Below, one piece after another: positions 1 through 12,200 of a stretch of 64,000 nt of DNA. The DNA is taken from positions 6,959,838 through 7,023,837 of the forward strand of contig MU056050.1 of assembly GCA_013239625.1 (NCBI GenBank), read 5' to 3'. A program made the translations under genes and the position numbers. The notes below the pieces were generated by a model that saw nothing but the letters and a program-made list of their open reading frames with translations, made no database searches and was not told where the DNA came from. The stretch is from Lama guanicoe (lineage: Eukaryota). Numbering within the stretch: the stretch's first letter is position 1; every line of letters begins with the position of its first letter.

Positions 1-1689
1 ATGATTTAATAAACATTCCAGAAGCAAGGTCTGTTTTATCTCATAAGGAGGGTGTGGGAATTACTTAGAGGAAACTTCATAAATTGTTTTAGCACAATAT
101 CTGAAATTTATTAAGCACTCTATAAGCATTCATTCCTCTTTTTACTTCTGTTCCCATGAAAAGTTGCAAATTGATTTTGCTACCAAACCATGTTAGGAAC
201 TCTTACAAGTCTTGGATACTCCTTAGAGAGGCAGCTGTTTAGAATTCCTACAGTTTGTCCTGAGCAGGATGATGGGCCTGTTACTGTTGTTAAATGCTCA
301 ACAAGAGGTTCTGTAAGTCAGGAAAATTAAATTCTGTTTATAAAATTGGAGTCATTGGAGAAACTCATTACATTAAAAAAAATCTTTGGTTTTGGAAATA
401 ATTGGGAAAAAGACTCGGGCAACCCAGATTTTTATGACAATGGAGATTCTTAGAGGAGAGGATGATTCAGTTTCTCAAATCTTTTAAAAAGGAACAGAAA
501 ATATTTACCTCACAAGATAGTTATGAGACCTAAATGGTGTATGTATGTTGAGCTTGTCATGCTCAATAAATTCTAGTTCCTTTTGTGACGTACCTTTGTT
601 TTCATATATTCTAATATTTTTAATGTTGAGAGTAACAAGCTTGAAGTGATTTCCCTCAACTGAACTGATATATTGAACTGATATTTATGATATATATCCA
701 ATGTTAATCTAACTGTAAGAATTATTTTAGTGAGGTTATGTCATAATGTGCAATTTTTTTGCATGGAGTAGAGCATTTTCTTGGTGTTTAGGATTTATTT
801 AGAGATTATGCAGTAATGTACCAGCTTTTCTGAACCAAATGTCTTCTCTGCATTGGTGATACTACTATATCTCATTGGGTCTTCTTTTCTGATTCCTTGC
901 TGTGCAAATACTGTTCTTAATTTCCCACCAATCCTGTCTCCCTCCCTTAGATTACTTTTCCTAAGTATCTTTCTTCCCACTTTAGAGTCTTGTACTCTTC
1001 TCTTGGATGTCTGTACTCTGGTTCCTGGAAATCCACCCTCACTACTCATTTCATTCATGAGATGTTTATTGAGATTCTGCTGTATTCTAGTCACTGGAAC
1101 TAACTAGGCAAAACAAAAATGATTAGTCCATATTCCCTGGACAGGAGGAGTGCTCAGTCTCGTGGGGAAGACAGGTTATTGCACTGTATGATAATGAGTG
1201 CTATAATACGGACAGCCCATGGAGTAGTGGAAACACAGAAATAGAAGCAACACTTGTGTATGAAACCTTCAAGGCATCCACCATACCAAATGAAAATAAT
1301 AATCTGTTGTGTAATATAAAGGGCAGAGGATTTATGCCTGGAGACATCTCTCATTAGACAAATGGTCTTGGTCAAGTGAGTTACTCTCTCTGAAATCAGA
1401 TTCCTCACATGTAAAGTAAAAATTTTGAACAAGATCATGATTTCCAAAGTGTATTTCATAGAATATTACTAATGTGCAAATAAAGAGCTTCATGGTCATA
1501 TACATTTGAGTATTACTGAGTTGAACAAAATTAAACAGATCTGTTTATTGTTGAATTTCTCAGCTTTTAACTGGATATTGTAAATTCTAAATCTTTAAGA
1601 AAGGAATATAATTATTCACTTTTTTTACACCATAGATTCCCTCTGTATCAGTTAGAAACTAACTGTTACATAACAGTTTCAAGAAATAT

Positions 1690-3300
1690 TTTAACACTTA
1701 CCTTTAGATCTATGATTCATTGCGAGTTTATTTTTATAAACGGCATGAAATAAGAGTCAAACTTGATTTTTTTTGCATAAGGTTATCCAATTTTGACAGC
1801 ATCATTTGTTGAAAATATTATCCTTGTCACCTTGGTCGAAAATCAGTTGACCATATATGTATGTGTGAACTTCTGTTCCATTGATCTGTGTGTATATCCT
1901 TCTGGCAATACTATTGTGTCTTGCTTAGTATACCTTTGTGATAAATCTTGAAATCAGGTAGTGTCAGTCTTTTAACTTTGACATTCTTTTTGAAAACTGT
2001 TTTCTCTATTCTAGATTTGCATATCAATTATGAATTTTAGAATCAGCTTGACGTTTGTATATATTGTAAAATGTTCACCACATTAAGTCTAGTTATCTGT
2101 GTTTTCATTTTCATTCAGTTCAAAGTGCCTTTTGATGTCTTTCTTGACCCATGTGTTATTTAGAAGCGTGTTATTCGGGTTCCAAATATTTGGGGGATTT
2201 TCCAGAAATCTTTCTTTTATTGATGTAACTTAATCTAATGTAGTAAAATCTTATTTAGTTTTATTATGTTCAGAGAACATACTTTGTGTAATTTTAATAC
2301 TCTTAAATGTGTTGTGAGTTGTTTTGTGGCCCAGAAAATGGTCTATTTTGGTAAATGTTCCATGGCCATGAAAAGAATGTATATTCTGTTGTTGGTTGGA
2401 GTGTTTTATAAAAGCCAATTAGGTCAAGTTGACATATAGTGTTAAGTCTTCTATAGCCTTACTGACTTTCTGTCCACTTACACTGTCAATTATTGATAGG
2501 TGTGTTGAAATCTCTGTGTATTTTTATTTATTTTTCATTTCAATTCTATCAGTTTTTGCTTCATGTCTTTTGAAGTTCTGTTACTAGATGTTTAGTATTA
2601 TATGTCCTCTTGTAAAATTCATCCCCCTTTTTATAATCACATAATGTCCCTGGTAATACACACTTTTTAATTGGATATACTAAATTTTGTTGAATTGTGA
2701 GTGTTCTTTTTCTAGATACTAATCTGTTATCAGATATATGATTTGCAAGTATTTTCTCTCTCCCTCTTTTTAAAACAATTTTTGGTAGTGTCCTCTGAGG
2801 CACAATTTTTAAAAATTCTGATGACGTTCAGTTTATCTAAACTTTTTTTATTGTTTGCTGCTCCTAATAGTTCCTTATTATTGTTTTGCTGTCTGGAGGA
2901 TCTGTGGTAATATCCCCTCTCTCATTTCTGACATTGGTAGTTTATGGCTTCTCTTTTTTTTTTCTGATCAGACTGGATACAGGTTTATATGTATCATTGA
3001 TCTTCTCAAAGAACCAGCTTTTGGTTCATTGATTTTTCTCTATTTTTTCCTGTTTTCTTTTTCACTGATTTCTGCCCTTACCTTTATTATTTCCCTTCTG
3101 CTTATTCTGCATTTAATTTGTTCTTATTTTTTTAAGTCCCTAAGATCAAAGCTAGGGTCATTGGTTTGAGGCCTTTCCTCATTTCGTATATAGAGATTTC
3201 GTGCTATAAATTCCCTTCTGAGCACTGCTTGAGCTTTAGTTATGTTGTGTTTTCACTTTTCATTTAGTTCAAAATATTTCTATTTTCCCTTTTGATTTCT
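1690..3300 (-). mobile_element. Old L1M (LINE-1) fragments, several pieces
   Basis: T-rich text matching the antisense of L1 ORF2/3' region (cagcatcatttgttgaaaa, ttttagaatcagcttg, gtgctataaattccct). Boundaries approximate. Confidence 0.75.
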
Positions 3301-3835
3301 TGTAGCAGTGAACTCCAGGGCCATGTGTGGAATATCTATGCCCAATAAAGCCCATTTTGAGTCTCAGGGTCTTAGGCACAGATGGGAGGGCTGGTCACAT
3401 ATGCACATCTTGTTAACAACTGGCCATGACCAGAAAACTCAGGACCCCAACATTCTTGTTGACTCCAACAATGAAAACAGGTTCACATCATCAATCTTGA
3501 TATTTGTACAAAGCAACCCTAACAAGATAGTACAACAATGTCTGTTACTCCAGGTGTACACAACAAAATCATCAATCCATTGATGATAAAAAGAATACTG
3601 TGACAGACACATTCTTAAGGGCTGGCTAAGGGTCAGTCATAGTTCTCTTGGACACATGCAAGGAGTAAGTCACCGAGCCTGCTGTGTGAACTCTTTCCTC
3701 ATAACACCCAAACATGAGATTTCCCTATTGCTGTCCCCTGCCAACTTGAGGTACAGGTCTCAGTGATGGAGCAGTGAAGGATGGTTAGGGATTAGGCACC
3801 ATTTGGTCTATAATCACATATAACCAGGAGCCATC
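3301..3835 (-). mobile_element. ERVL-type LTR fragment (MER21/MER68/MER77-like)
   Basis: Reverse strand reads ...gttggggtcctgagtttt...gaccctgagactcaaaatgggc...ttccacacatg, resembling MER21-group LTRs as recalled; subfamily uncertain. Confidence 0.45.
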
Positions 3836-3939
3836 TATTTTGATGGAAATTACTCTCTTTTTCATTTAAAAATGTGAATAGATACCCCTGCTTTTCATAG
3901 GCTTGCTTTTTCCAGATTATGTCAGCTTTCCCAGACTCT

Positions 3940-4417
3940 TAGAATAAAATACAAAGTCTTTACCATGATATTACAGCCCTACCTGATCTCCCCAACCCTC
4001 GCTACCTTTCTGACCTCATCTCCAACTGCTGTCCCCCTTCATCCCTCTGCTCCAACCACCCTGCCTTTGCTGTTGCTGCTGTCTTTGCCTGGAATGTTCT
4101 CAGAGATCCCTCCGACTCACTCCCTCACCTCTTTAATGTTTCTCTCAAGTATCACCTCATGAAGGAGGCCTTCCTGACCCTTTAATCTGAAGCAGCAACT
4201 GCTGCCATTCTCTGTCCTTTTCCTGCTTCATTCTTCTTCACATCTGACAATATGTCATCAACCTGAATATGTCTTCCTTTTTGCCTGCCCCTCCCCCATC
4301 CAGACTGTGTGCTCCGTGGGGGCCTGGACTGTCTCTAGCTCACTGCTGTCTCTAGTAGCACAGTGCCTGGCACATGATGGGTGCTCCATAGGGGCCTATC
4401 AGTGAATGAATGAATGA
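3940..4417 (+). mobile_element. L2 LINE 3' fragment
   Basis: Ends cagtgcctggcacat...gtgaatgaatgaatga, the typical L2 3' terminus. Confidence 0.75.
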
Positions 4418-4457
4418 CTATGATCTAGATACAGACACCTATACATACATAGATAGA

Positions 4458-4471
4458 TGTGTGTGTGTGTA

Positions 4472-4510
<39 letters not shown>
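4458..4510. repeat. Compound (GT)n(AT)n microsatellite
   Basis: Direct reading. Confidence 0.9.
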
Positions 4511-5414
4511 GTATCTGTGTATATAGATAAATAGAGACAGATATAGAGAAGGAAGGTTTTTGGGAACACTATAAGATTCTTTCATCTCAGCTCCAGACTG
4601 TAGAGGAAAAATGCTCAACTAAATTCTTAATTTTTCTTTCAGGATTGAAGTATGCAAATGTATCTAATATAACATTTCTTTTATAAATTTTATAGATGAT
4701 TTTGGTTTCTTTCTTTGCTGATTAGAATGAACACTTCTGTAAAAGAAACTGAACAACACAGAAAGGACTACAGTAGAACGTGAAAGCCCTCTGGACTGGA
4801 GGCGAGGGAGAGGGAGGGGAGCGAGGCGGGGAGAGCATCCTGGGCTCTGTGTCGGGGTGGGCCGGGGAAGCCAGGGAACCGCGGCTGCATTAGAGCAGCT
4901 GAGTCCACAGGCTTATCAAAATGTCCCCACAGATAAACTGGCCACATCAGACTGTCTTGCTTTGCTGTTTATATCTTTTGCCTGTTTTTCTAGGAAAACA
5001 CCTTTAAGTGTTTGTATTTTTTAAGTTACGAAGCTCGTTGTATATTAAAGAGCCTTTTGCCTGTTAACTTTGTTACAATTTTACCCCCAAACTGACGTGA
5101 GGCCACCCTGCAGGAACATGTGACAGGAATATGCAAATCACAGGAATGCTAGGGTAAGCATATGTGTATGCATAGAAAGATGCCTAGTCCAGGATGAGGT
5201 GCTCCACACTGTTAAGAGTGGTAGTTTTTGGATGATTGTATTTTGGGTAATTTTTACCTTCTTCTTTCCACTTTTGTGTATACTTTAAATGTCTTATAAT
5301 GACTATGAAATTTTTTTATAGCCAGAAAAAAAGAATCTATGTATTTTTGAAAAATAAGTATAGTTTTCATCACAGAAAATAATAATCCCACTATATTCTG
5401 TGTTGATAAAACCA

Positions 5415-5821
5415 CAGCTTAGCCTGTTGTCTCCTGCCCCGGAAGAAGCAAGTGGCCGCATTGTGAACTGCCTATGGAGAGGACCACATCTCGGGAAACT
5501 GGGGACAGCTTCAGAGGCTGAGAGTGGCCTCTGGCCAACAGCCAGCGAGACACTGAAGCCTTCGTGGTACAGCTACATGGAAGTGAATTCTGCAACACCT
5601 TGAGTGAGGTTGGAAGTGAATTCTTCTCTAGTCAAGCCTCAAGATAAAAACACAATCTGGCTGACACATTGATTGCAGCCTTGTGAGACCCAGAGCCCAG
5701 GACCCATTTTAAGTCATGCCTGGGCTCCTGACCTGCAGAAACTGGGAGGCAGTAAATGTGTGGTGTTTTAAGCTGCAAATGTGTGGCAATGTTTCTTATG
5801 CAGTGTTAGAAAACTAATACA
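5415..5821 (+). mobile_element. MLT1 (MaLR) LTR
   Basis: ggccaacagccagc, gcagccttgtgagacc, ttttaagctg and the terminal aaactaataca are characteristic of MLT1 LTRs. Confidence 0.8.
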
Positions 5822-6676
5822 TCCTTCCACCAGCTGTGTATGAGAATTTGAGATACTCTCCACCAAACCCCTTGTATTGACAGTCCTTTTTACTTTGGCC
5901 ATGCTGGTGGGTATGTGTTGTGATTTTAATTTTAATTTGTTAGATGACAAATAATTTTGAGCACTTTTTCATATGCTTATTGGTCATTTGGATATACTTT
6001 TTCGTGAAGTGTCTTACATATTTTTCCCATTAAAAAATGAGTTGCCTATCTTTTTGACTGCTGAATGTAGGAATTCTTTCTTTATACTGGATATGAGATT
6101 TTTGTAGGATACATGGATTAAAAATCTCCTCTCCCACCCTGGAGCTTGCATTTTCACTCTCTTAATTGTGTCTTTTAATGAAAATAAAAATGTTCTCAGT
6201 TTTATTTTTTTATTTATTTGTTTCCCCCCAGTTTTATTGAGATATATTTGACATAATGTTATATTAGTGATGTGAACGTCACCTTAATAAAAAAGGCCTT
6301 CTGACTCTAAATACAATGATCTTTTCATTCTCTAAGACCAGATGTTTCTCTTGGGAGAGTAGAAAGAGGAAAGAACATTTTAGTTCAACATAAGTGAGAA
6401 CTTTCTAACAGAGTTATCAAATAGTGTAATGGGCTGACTTGTGATCTATACTTATACTGGAAGGATTTTAGCAGAGATTAGACAAATGTCTGAAATGAGT
6501 ATTATAGAAGGGACCTCTAAATCTCCTTCCAGCTTGAAGATTCAAGGACTCTATTCTCTTGAATACGTTATCTTTTGGAGAGATCAGAATTTGAGCATAA
6601 CAAAAGACAGAGTATAATCAAATACAGGTCTGTGTGGTAGAGATTACAAATAGAAGGTGATTGAAAAGTAAAATGG

Positions 6677-6766
6677 TTGAATATATATATGTATAACCGA
6701 ATCATTATGCTGTACACCAGAAATTAACACATCATTGTAAATCAACTATACTTTATTTAAAAAAAT
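6677..6766 (+). mobile_element. Extremely 5'-truncated young L1 3' end with 13-bp TSD
   Basis: gctgtacaccagaaattaacac...aatcaactatac plus A tail; TSD aaaagtaaaatgg at 6664-6676 and 6767-6779. Confidence 0.85.
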
Positions 6767-7336
6767 AAAAGTAAAATGGCCAATCTTGATAAACTAGATT
6801 TTTTTATCTTGTAGTTTTAGAACAATGTTGGAAACAAACCAAGCAAACTGCAAATGTGTTAAATAATGCGTGCTATGTGTTTTTAATGTTTAATTATATT
6901 TTAAAATTCATCTATTGTAGAACTTGCAAAATAAGTCATTTGAAAGCAAAGCTCCTTTCAACAAAGTCTACCTAGGTGGTTGGTGAGATTAGCTTGTGGT
7001 GGCAGTGGCTTAGGAGGCAAAAGTGCAGTGCACTCTTGTAGAAATTTTAAGATAGTGATTTGCTCACATAGAAGGCCATAATTCTACAAGGTTTGGCAAT
7101 CTGGATGTGAGGGACAGTCCCAGGCCACAGCCACAGCTGGACATACAGTTTATGTCACTGGAGAGAGTGTAGTCCTTCCAAATAAGCAAGACTCTAAGCT
7201 ACAACCCCCTTAGTCTGGCTGGAAGGGAGTACTTTGCTGAGATGTAAATTGAAGGGTATTCACATTTTGGAATGCATGTACAGGTTTCTCACATTATCTC
7301 TGTTTTTGGTAAGGAAGTTTCTGAAGGTAACAATAT

Positions 7337-7720
7337 AGCATTGTGGTTAAATGTCTGGGCTCTGAAGTCAGAGATGAACTTGAATCCCAGTTTTGCCACT
7401 TACTAAGTTACTCTCTTAACTTCTTAAGACCTCAGTTTTCTCATATGTCAAAAAGGGGAAATACAAGATTTGCAGGTACTGACTACTATATATAAAATAG
7501 ATAAACAACGCATTTATACTGTATAGCACAGGGAACTATGTAGCAGCCTATAATGAAAATGAATATATGTATGACTGAAACATGCTGTACACCAGAAATT
7601 GACACAACATTGTAAACTTCAAAAAAAAAAAAAACAGTGCTACAGCGCCTGTCTCATAGAGTAATTGTGCGCACATGAAGCTCTGGACACCCTTGGTTAA
7701 GTGTTCCGTAATATCAGCTA
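7337..7720 (+). mobile_element. MIR SINE interrupted by a young L1 3' end (~7462-7634, pure A tail)
   Basis: MIR core (tgaatcccag...cctcagttttctcat) resumes after the L1 tail (gtatagcacagggaactat...ttgtaaacttc(A)n). Confidence 0.75.
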
Positions 7721-8744
7721 ACATTATTTGTGCCGCCTGAAGAAATTTTTTAATGGGGGAAAAAACTAAGATGTGAACTAAAATGGGAAAGATCCTTTCG
7801 GAACAAAGGTATTCGGAGCATTGATTCATTTAACGAATAATCATTTAGGGCCGTATGCTTTGCATTGACTTACTTTTACTTATACTCAACATATAAACCA
7901 TAATAGTCTGTATTCTTGCGTGATTACGAAAACTTCACGCGAGAGGCTTAAAAATTACGTGTAGCCCATTGGCTAAAGTAATCACCCAGGGTGCTTTGCA
8001 GTTATCCCTTCCGGCTCTCCGCTCTCGGGGGCTAGAGCTGGAAGCCGGTCACCGGGCCCTCTCGTCATTTGCTGGCTGATTGTGAGGTACAGATTAACTC
8101 AGACTCCCTAGTTGGTATTTCTACTCTTCAGACTGTTTATCTGCAACTTTCTATGGTTCCCTTTTCTGTTTCCAACTTGGTTTTTCTCAACCGTGTGCTT
8201 TCAGCGTTTGGCGCCCAGGAGGGGCTGAGGTTTATTTGCTTACAATCAAAGATCAGTCTTTTTTTTTTACCCCCTTGAGCTCAGGCACCTCTGGAAATAG
8301 TACTGCTCACCGTCTTTCCCTCATTTTCCCACTTTTAAGTCCTTTGGCACCCCTCCCCCCACTTTCCCTCCTTTTTGGTGCTTATCGCGCACGCGCCCCG
8401 CTCCGCCCCTTCACTCCGCTGGCCCCGCCCCTCTCCCCCGCCCCCTCCTTACCCTAGCCGTGGTATGCGTGAGGTGGGGGTTGACGCGGTGACGGGGCGA
8501 CATCTCTGTGCCCGCGTTAGCTGCAGAAGCGGCCAGATTCTCACACCTTAGCTCCCTCTCCCTGCTCTTCCCTAAAGTCAGGTTGCCCCCTCTGGGTCTT
8601 TGAGCCTGCAGCCCGCCTGACTCCCGTGTTAGGACCCCCGTTGTTTCCGCCTCTTATTTCGCGCCTTCTTTTTTAGGCTTGAAGGGGGCGGGGTTGGAAT
8701 GTCTGCGCCACCACCGTTGCCGAGGCGACGACTTGGTTACTTCC

Positions 8745-8833
8745 GTTGGTCTCAATGCTTCCGGGTTGGCGCTGCGGTGTTGTTTCCGAAAGTGGGAGCC
8801 TCGGCTTCCCAGTCGTCCGATGAGCCTGAGCAG
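8745..8833 (+). other. SLC25A14: SLC25A14 non-coding exon 1 (TSS approximate)
   Basis: Consensus donor CAG|GTGAG at 8833/8834. Downstream acceptors: ctctcccctcag| (exon from 8964) and ctctgacag| (exon from 9102). Confidence 0.65.
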
Positions 8834-9138
8834 GTGAGGGGGAGCTCCTGGACTTCCAGGCTGGGGAGCGGGGCTGGGCCGCGCCAGGCCGCGCGGGGCC
8901 GGGCTGGCCTGGTTCCCGGCCTGGGAGGGGCTTAACGGTCCTTTGGTCTCTCTCTCCCCTCAGCTGAGTCCCTTCCCTGTCTTTCACTCTTCTGGCATCG
9001 GTGGTTTTACTTCTTCTTCGATTGAACCCTGCTTCCTCGACCCCCCTGGGAGGCCGCCTCCTTCAGGCGCCTCCCTTCTCTCCACGAACTCGCTCTGACA
9101 GCTGAGGAACTGGCAAGATCCTGCTACCCAGAGGGTGA

Positions 9139-9213
9139 ATGGGTATCTTTCCCGGAATAATCCTAATTTTTCTAAGGGTGAAGTTTGCAACGGCGGCCGT
9201 GATTGTAAGCGGA
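9139..9213 (+). CDS. SLC25A14: SLC25A14 coding exon 1 ([25 protein letters not shown]); alternative donor after 9204
   Basis: ATG at 9139; GTAAGC donors at 9205 and 9214. Confidence 0.95.
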
Positions 9214-12200
9214 GTAAGCAAACACCTCCATTGTATTAGTGTGAGGGATGCTGTTGAAAGATGCTCCCCATTCAGTTTCTAGCCCCTGCCACTCCTTGAG
9301 GTCAAGGCCTTGAAGGCATCTATTAAAATGCAGTTCAGCTAACTAATTGGGATGACAGCTATTAGCAACATGAATTAGTTTCTCAGACAAGGTAACAGAG
9401 GGGACATTTGTAGTTTTCTGCCAGTGTTTCCTCTTTTTTTTTTTACCTCAGGTTAGGGATTCATAGAGTCATCATGAACTCTTCCTTCGCCTTCACTCCC
9501 TACATCATCAAGTTCCTTTGTATCTCCATTTTAGAAGTTTATTTCTAACCTCGCTGCCAATAAACATCTTGTCTGCTTTACTTCACATCATCCTAAGCTA
9601 CTTTCCCTGCCTCTCCCTATTGTAATCCACTGCTGCTGCAGATCTAGCAAGTTAACTAAATGTGGTGGATTTCCCCAAGTCACTTTCCTATTGAGAAATT
9701 TACAGTATCCCTCCCACCCTGCCACACACACTTTGGTTTCAAGCTTTTCAACGTGTTCCATGTCATACTTCTTGTCTGATATTATTTCGACCAGATACGA
9801 TAATTCTCTGTTCCAGTTAGGTTGCATATTCTGTCTCAGAACAAACCACACTAATGCTTGCATCCACATGCTGTGCTTTCCCCTACATTTGTGTCTGTCC
9901 ATCCTATTTTCCTCGTACCCTCTCCCTTACCTACACCTGTCCAGAGTCTACCTGCCCTCTGTCAAGTCCCACTCTAAGTTCTCTCACCTCCATATATCTT
10001 TTCAAATTATTCCAGACCATGTGGATTGTCTCCTTTTCCATGCTTCTCCTGCTCTTATAGTTTGTACTATATAATTTAGCACTTATTTTTTTTCTAAATG
10101 AACTAGTTTGACGACTTCTACCAGATTATAAGCTCTTGAAAGGTAAATACTGTATTTCATACAACTTGTATCCCCACACCCATCTCCTAGATTATCCAGG
10201 AAATACAAATATTGTCATGGTGTTAGAGCATATGTTATGTGTGTGTGTGTGTGTGGTTTTTTTTTTTGATGTGACATTTATACCCATAGCACATTACAGA
10301 TGTAGGCATTTAGTGCCTTCGATAAACATTTGTTTGAGTCTCCATTATTACCTTCTGAATCTGAGAATCTCTAATGTGTACTCTTTCTTAAAGGAGAAAG
10401 CAAGAAAGGCACCTAGATTTTTCTGACCAGATCTTTGGAGTAGTGTAACAGGGTTATGTAACTTGTATTCTGGGACGTTCTTCTCACTGTTTAGGCTATC
10501 AGATTTTCCCTAGTCAGACTTCAAAATACATGCCTGCATTTTGAAGACATTTTTCATTGGCTTCTTTATACAATAAAAATATTTAAGGTACTGTATTTCT
10601 ATTTTAACTCAGATATGACTTCTCTTCTTTTACCCATATCTGGGGATAGCCCCAACAAATCATAAATCATTTTTAGGGTGCTTGGGGTATTTTACACAAG
10701 TAATTTTCTGCAATAGAAGCCAGGGAAGAGAATTAGTATGGAGAGAACCTCTGAGAATCAGCAAAGTGTTATGTACAGAGTGTCTAGCACTGGTCAGGTC
10801 CATCAAGTTAACTGTCTGATTTTCCCTGTAACCTTTTACATACAGGCTGTATACATAGATAAAGGACATCAAACTGGAACCAACCAGGTATTTAGTGGAT
10901 GTGAACCCAATTCTGCAAAATATTCTAGGAGTTATAAAAAGTACTGTGAGGCATAGTATCTGCCTTCAGGGATCTTACCTAGTTAAGAGAGGTAACATGG
11001 AGGCAATGAGAAGATAAACCTCATGCTAGCCATTATTTGTATGCCTGAGATTTAAGGTATAGAAGACATAAATAAAGGCTAAAAGACCATTACACAGCTG
11101 TAGAATAGGTATGACATAACATGAATGCATATATACAGCCTATGTAAAAGACTTGCAGATTTAGATGACATTTTAAAGATTCAGTAGTGTGAGATGGCCC
11201 CCACAAAAGAAACTGCAGTTTTCAGTTGTAGTAATTGAAGTATAATACAGAGAATGACAAAAATGAACATAAATATTTAACTTAAAGAAGATAAGATGTA
11301 GGAGAACGTGATAGCTGTCTTTAAATATTTGATGGAGTCCCCTAGGGAAAGAGAACAAATTGTTCAATATTACCTTCAGAATATGGGTGGGAACTAGAGG
11401 AAGGCATACTTTTTGGTTCAGTATGAGGTAGGAATATCTAAAATCAGACTTAATCAAGATGATACAGGACTTCATAACAAACAAGATTCTTTCCTAACAT
11501 TAGAGGGAAAGGAATTTTACTGTTAGATGGAAATAGGGAGGTGACAGTGGTAGCAGGGTTGAACTCGACCAGTGGTCCCCAGACTTCTAGATTTCATGGG
11601 CCAATAAAATTTAAGTGAAAGTGTGGGGACAGGGCACAAATTAGGGTAGCCAATCTTATTTTGCCAAATAAGAACACTGAACAGAATCAACTATCAACTA
11701 CTATTATCATTCCATACAAGAAAGGTGATTTTTAAAAAATGCTCCAAGAGTAGGAAGAACATGATCTTCTAATGGTTCTTTAAATTAAATACATTTAGCT
11801 GAGAAAAAGGTACTAGGTACCCTTATTTTCTTCATTTCAACTCAGAATTGTGAAAATTTCATTAAGGAACTACTGGGCTAACTGACCTAAGATTGTGACT
11901 GGTCTTTCTGCTCCCTACTATGGCTTTGCCCCCTGCCTTTAACTGCTTATTATTGCTCCCTGAACCCTGAGCACATCTTTATTAAAAGCCTGGTTAGCAC
12001 GTAGGAAAGTCAGGCTTCTGTACTGAAAGGAGTTGAAAGAAGTTGCAAAGAGAAAGCCTTGGAGAGAAGCATAGCAGCCATTTGAAATGTTTCACTATTA
12101 GGGGAAAGCTCTAAATTGGTGAATGGAGAGGGCTTTTTTAAAAACTGAAGTATAGTTGATTTACAGTGCTGTGTTAGTTTCTGGTGTACAGCATAGTGAT

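Larger units (their letters stand above)
8300..9215 (+). promoter_or_regulatory. SLC25A14: SLC25A14 CpG-island promoter and 5' region
   Basis: High GC/CpG content, clustered GC boxes (ccccgccc, 8396-8446), CRE half sites (tgacg) and ETS motifs (acttccg, cttccgg) directly upstream of the ATG exon. Confidence 0.85.

Noticed and set aside
8673..9190. Minus-strand ORFs across the SLC25A14 CpG island
   Set aside because: Expected by chance in GC-rich DNA; no recognisable homology.
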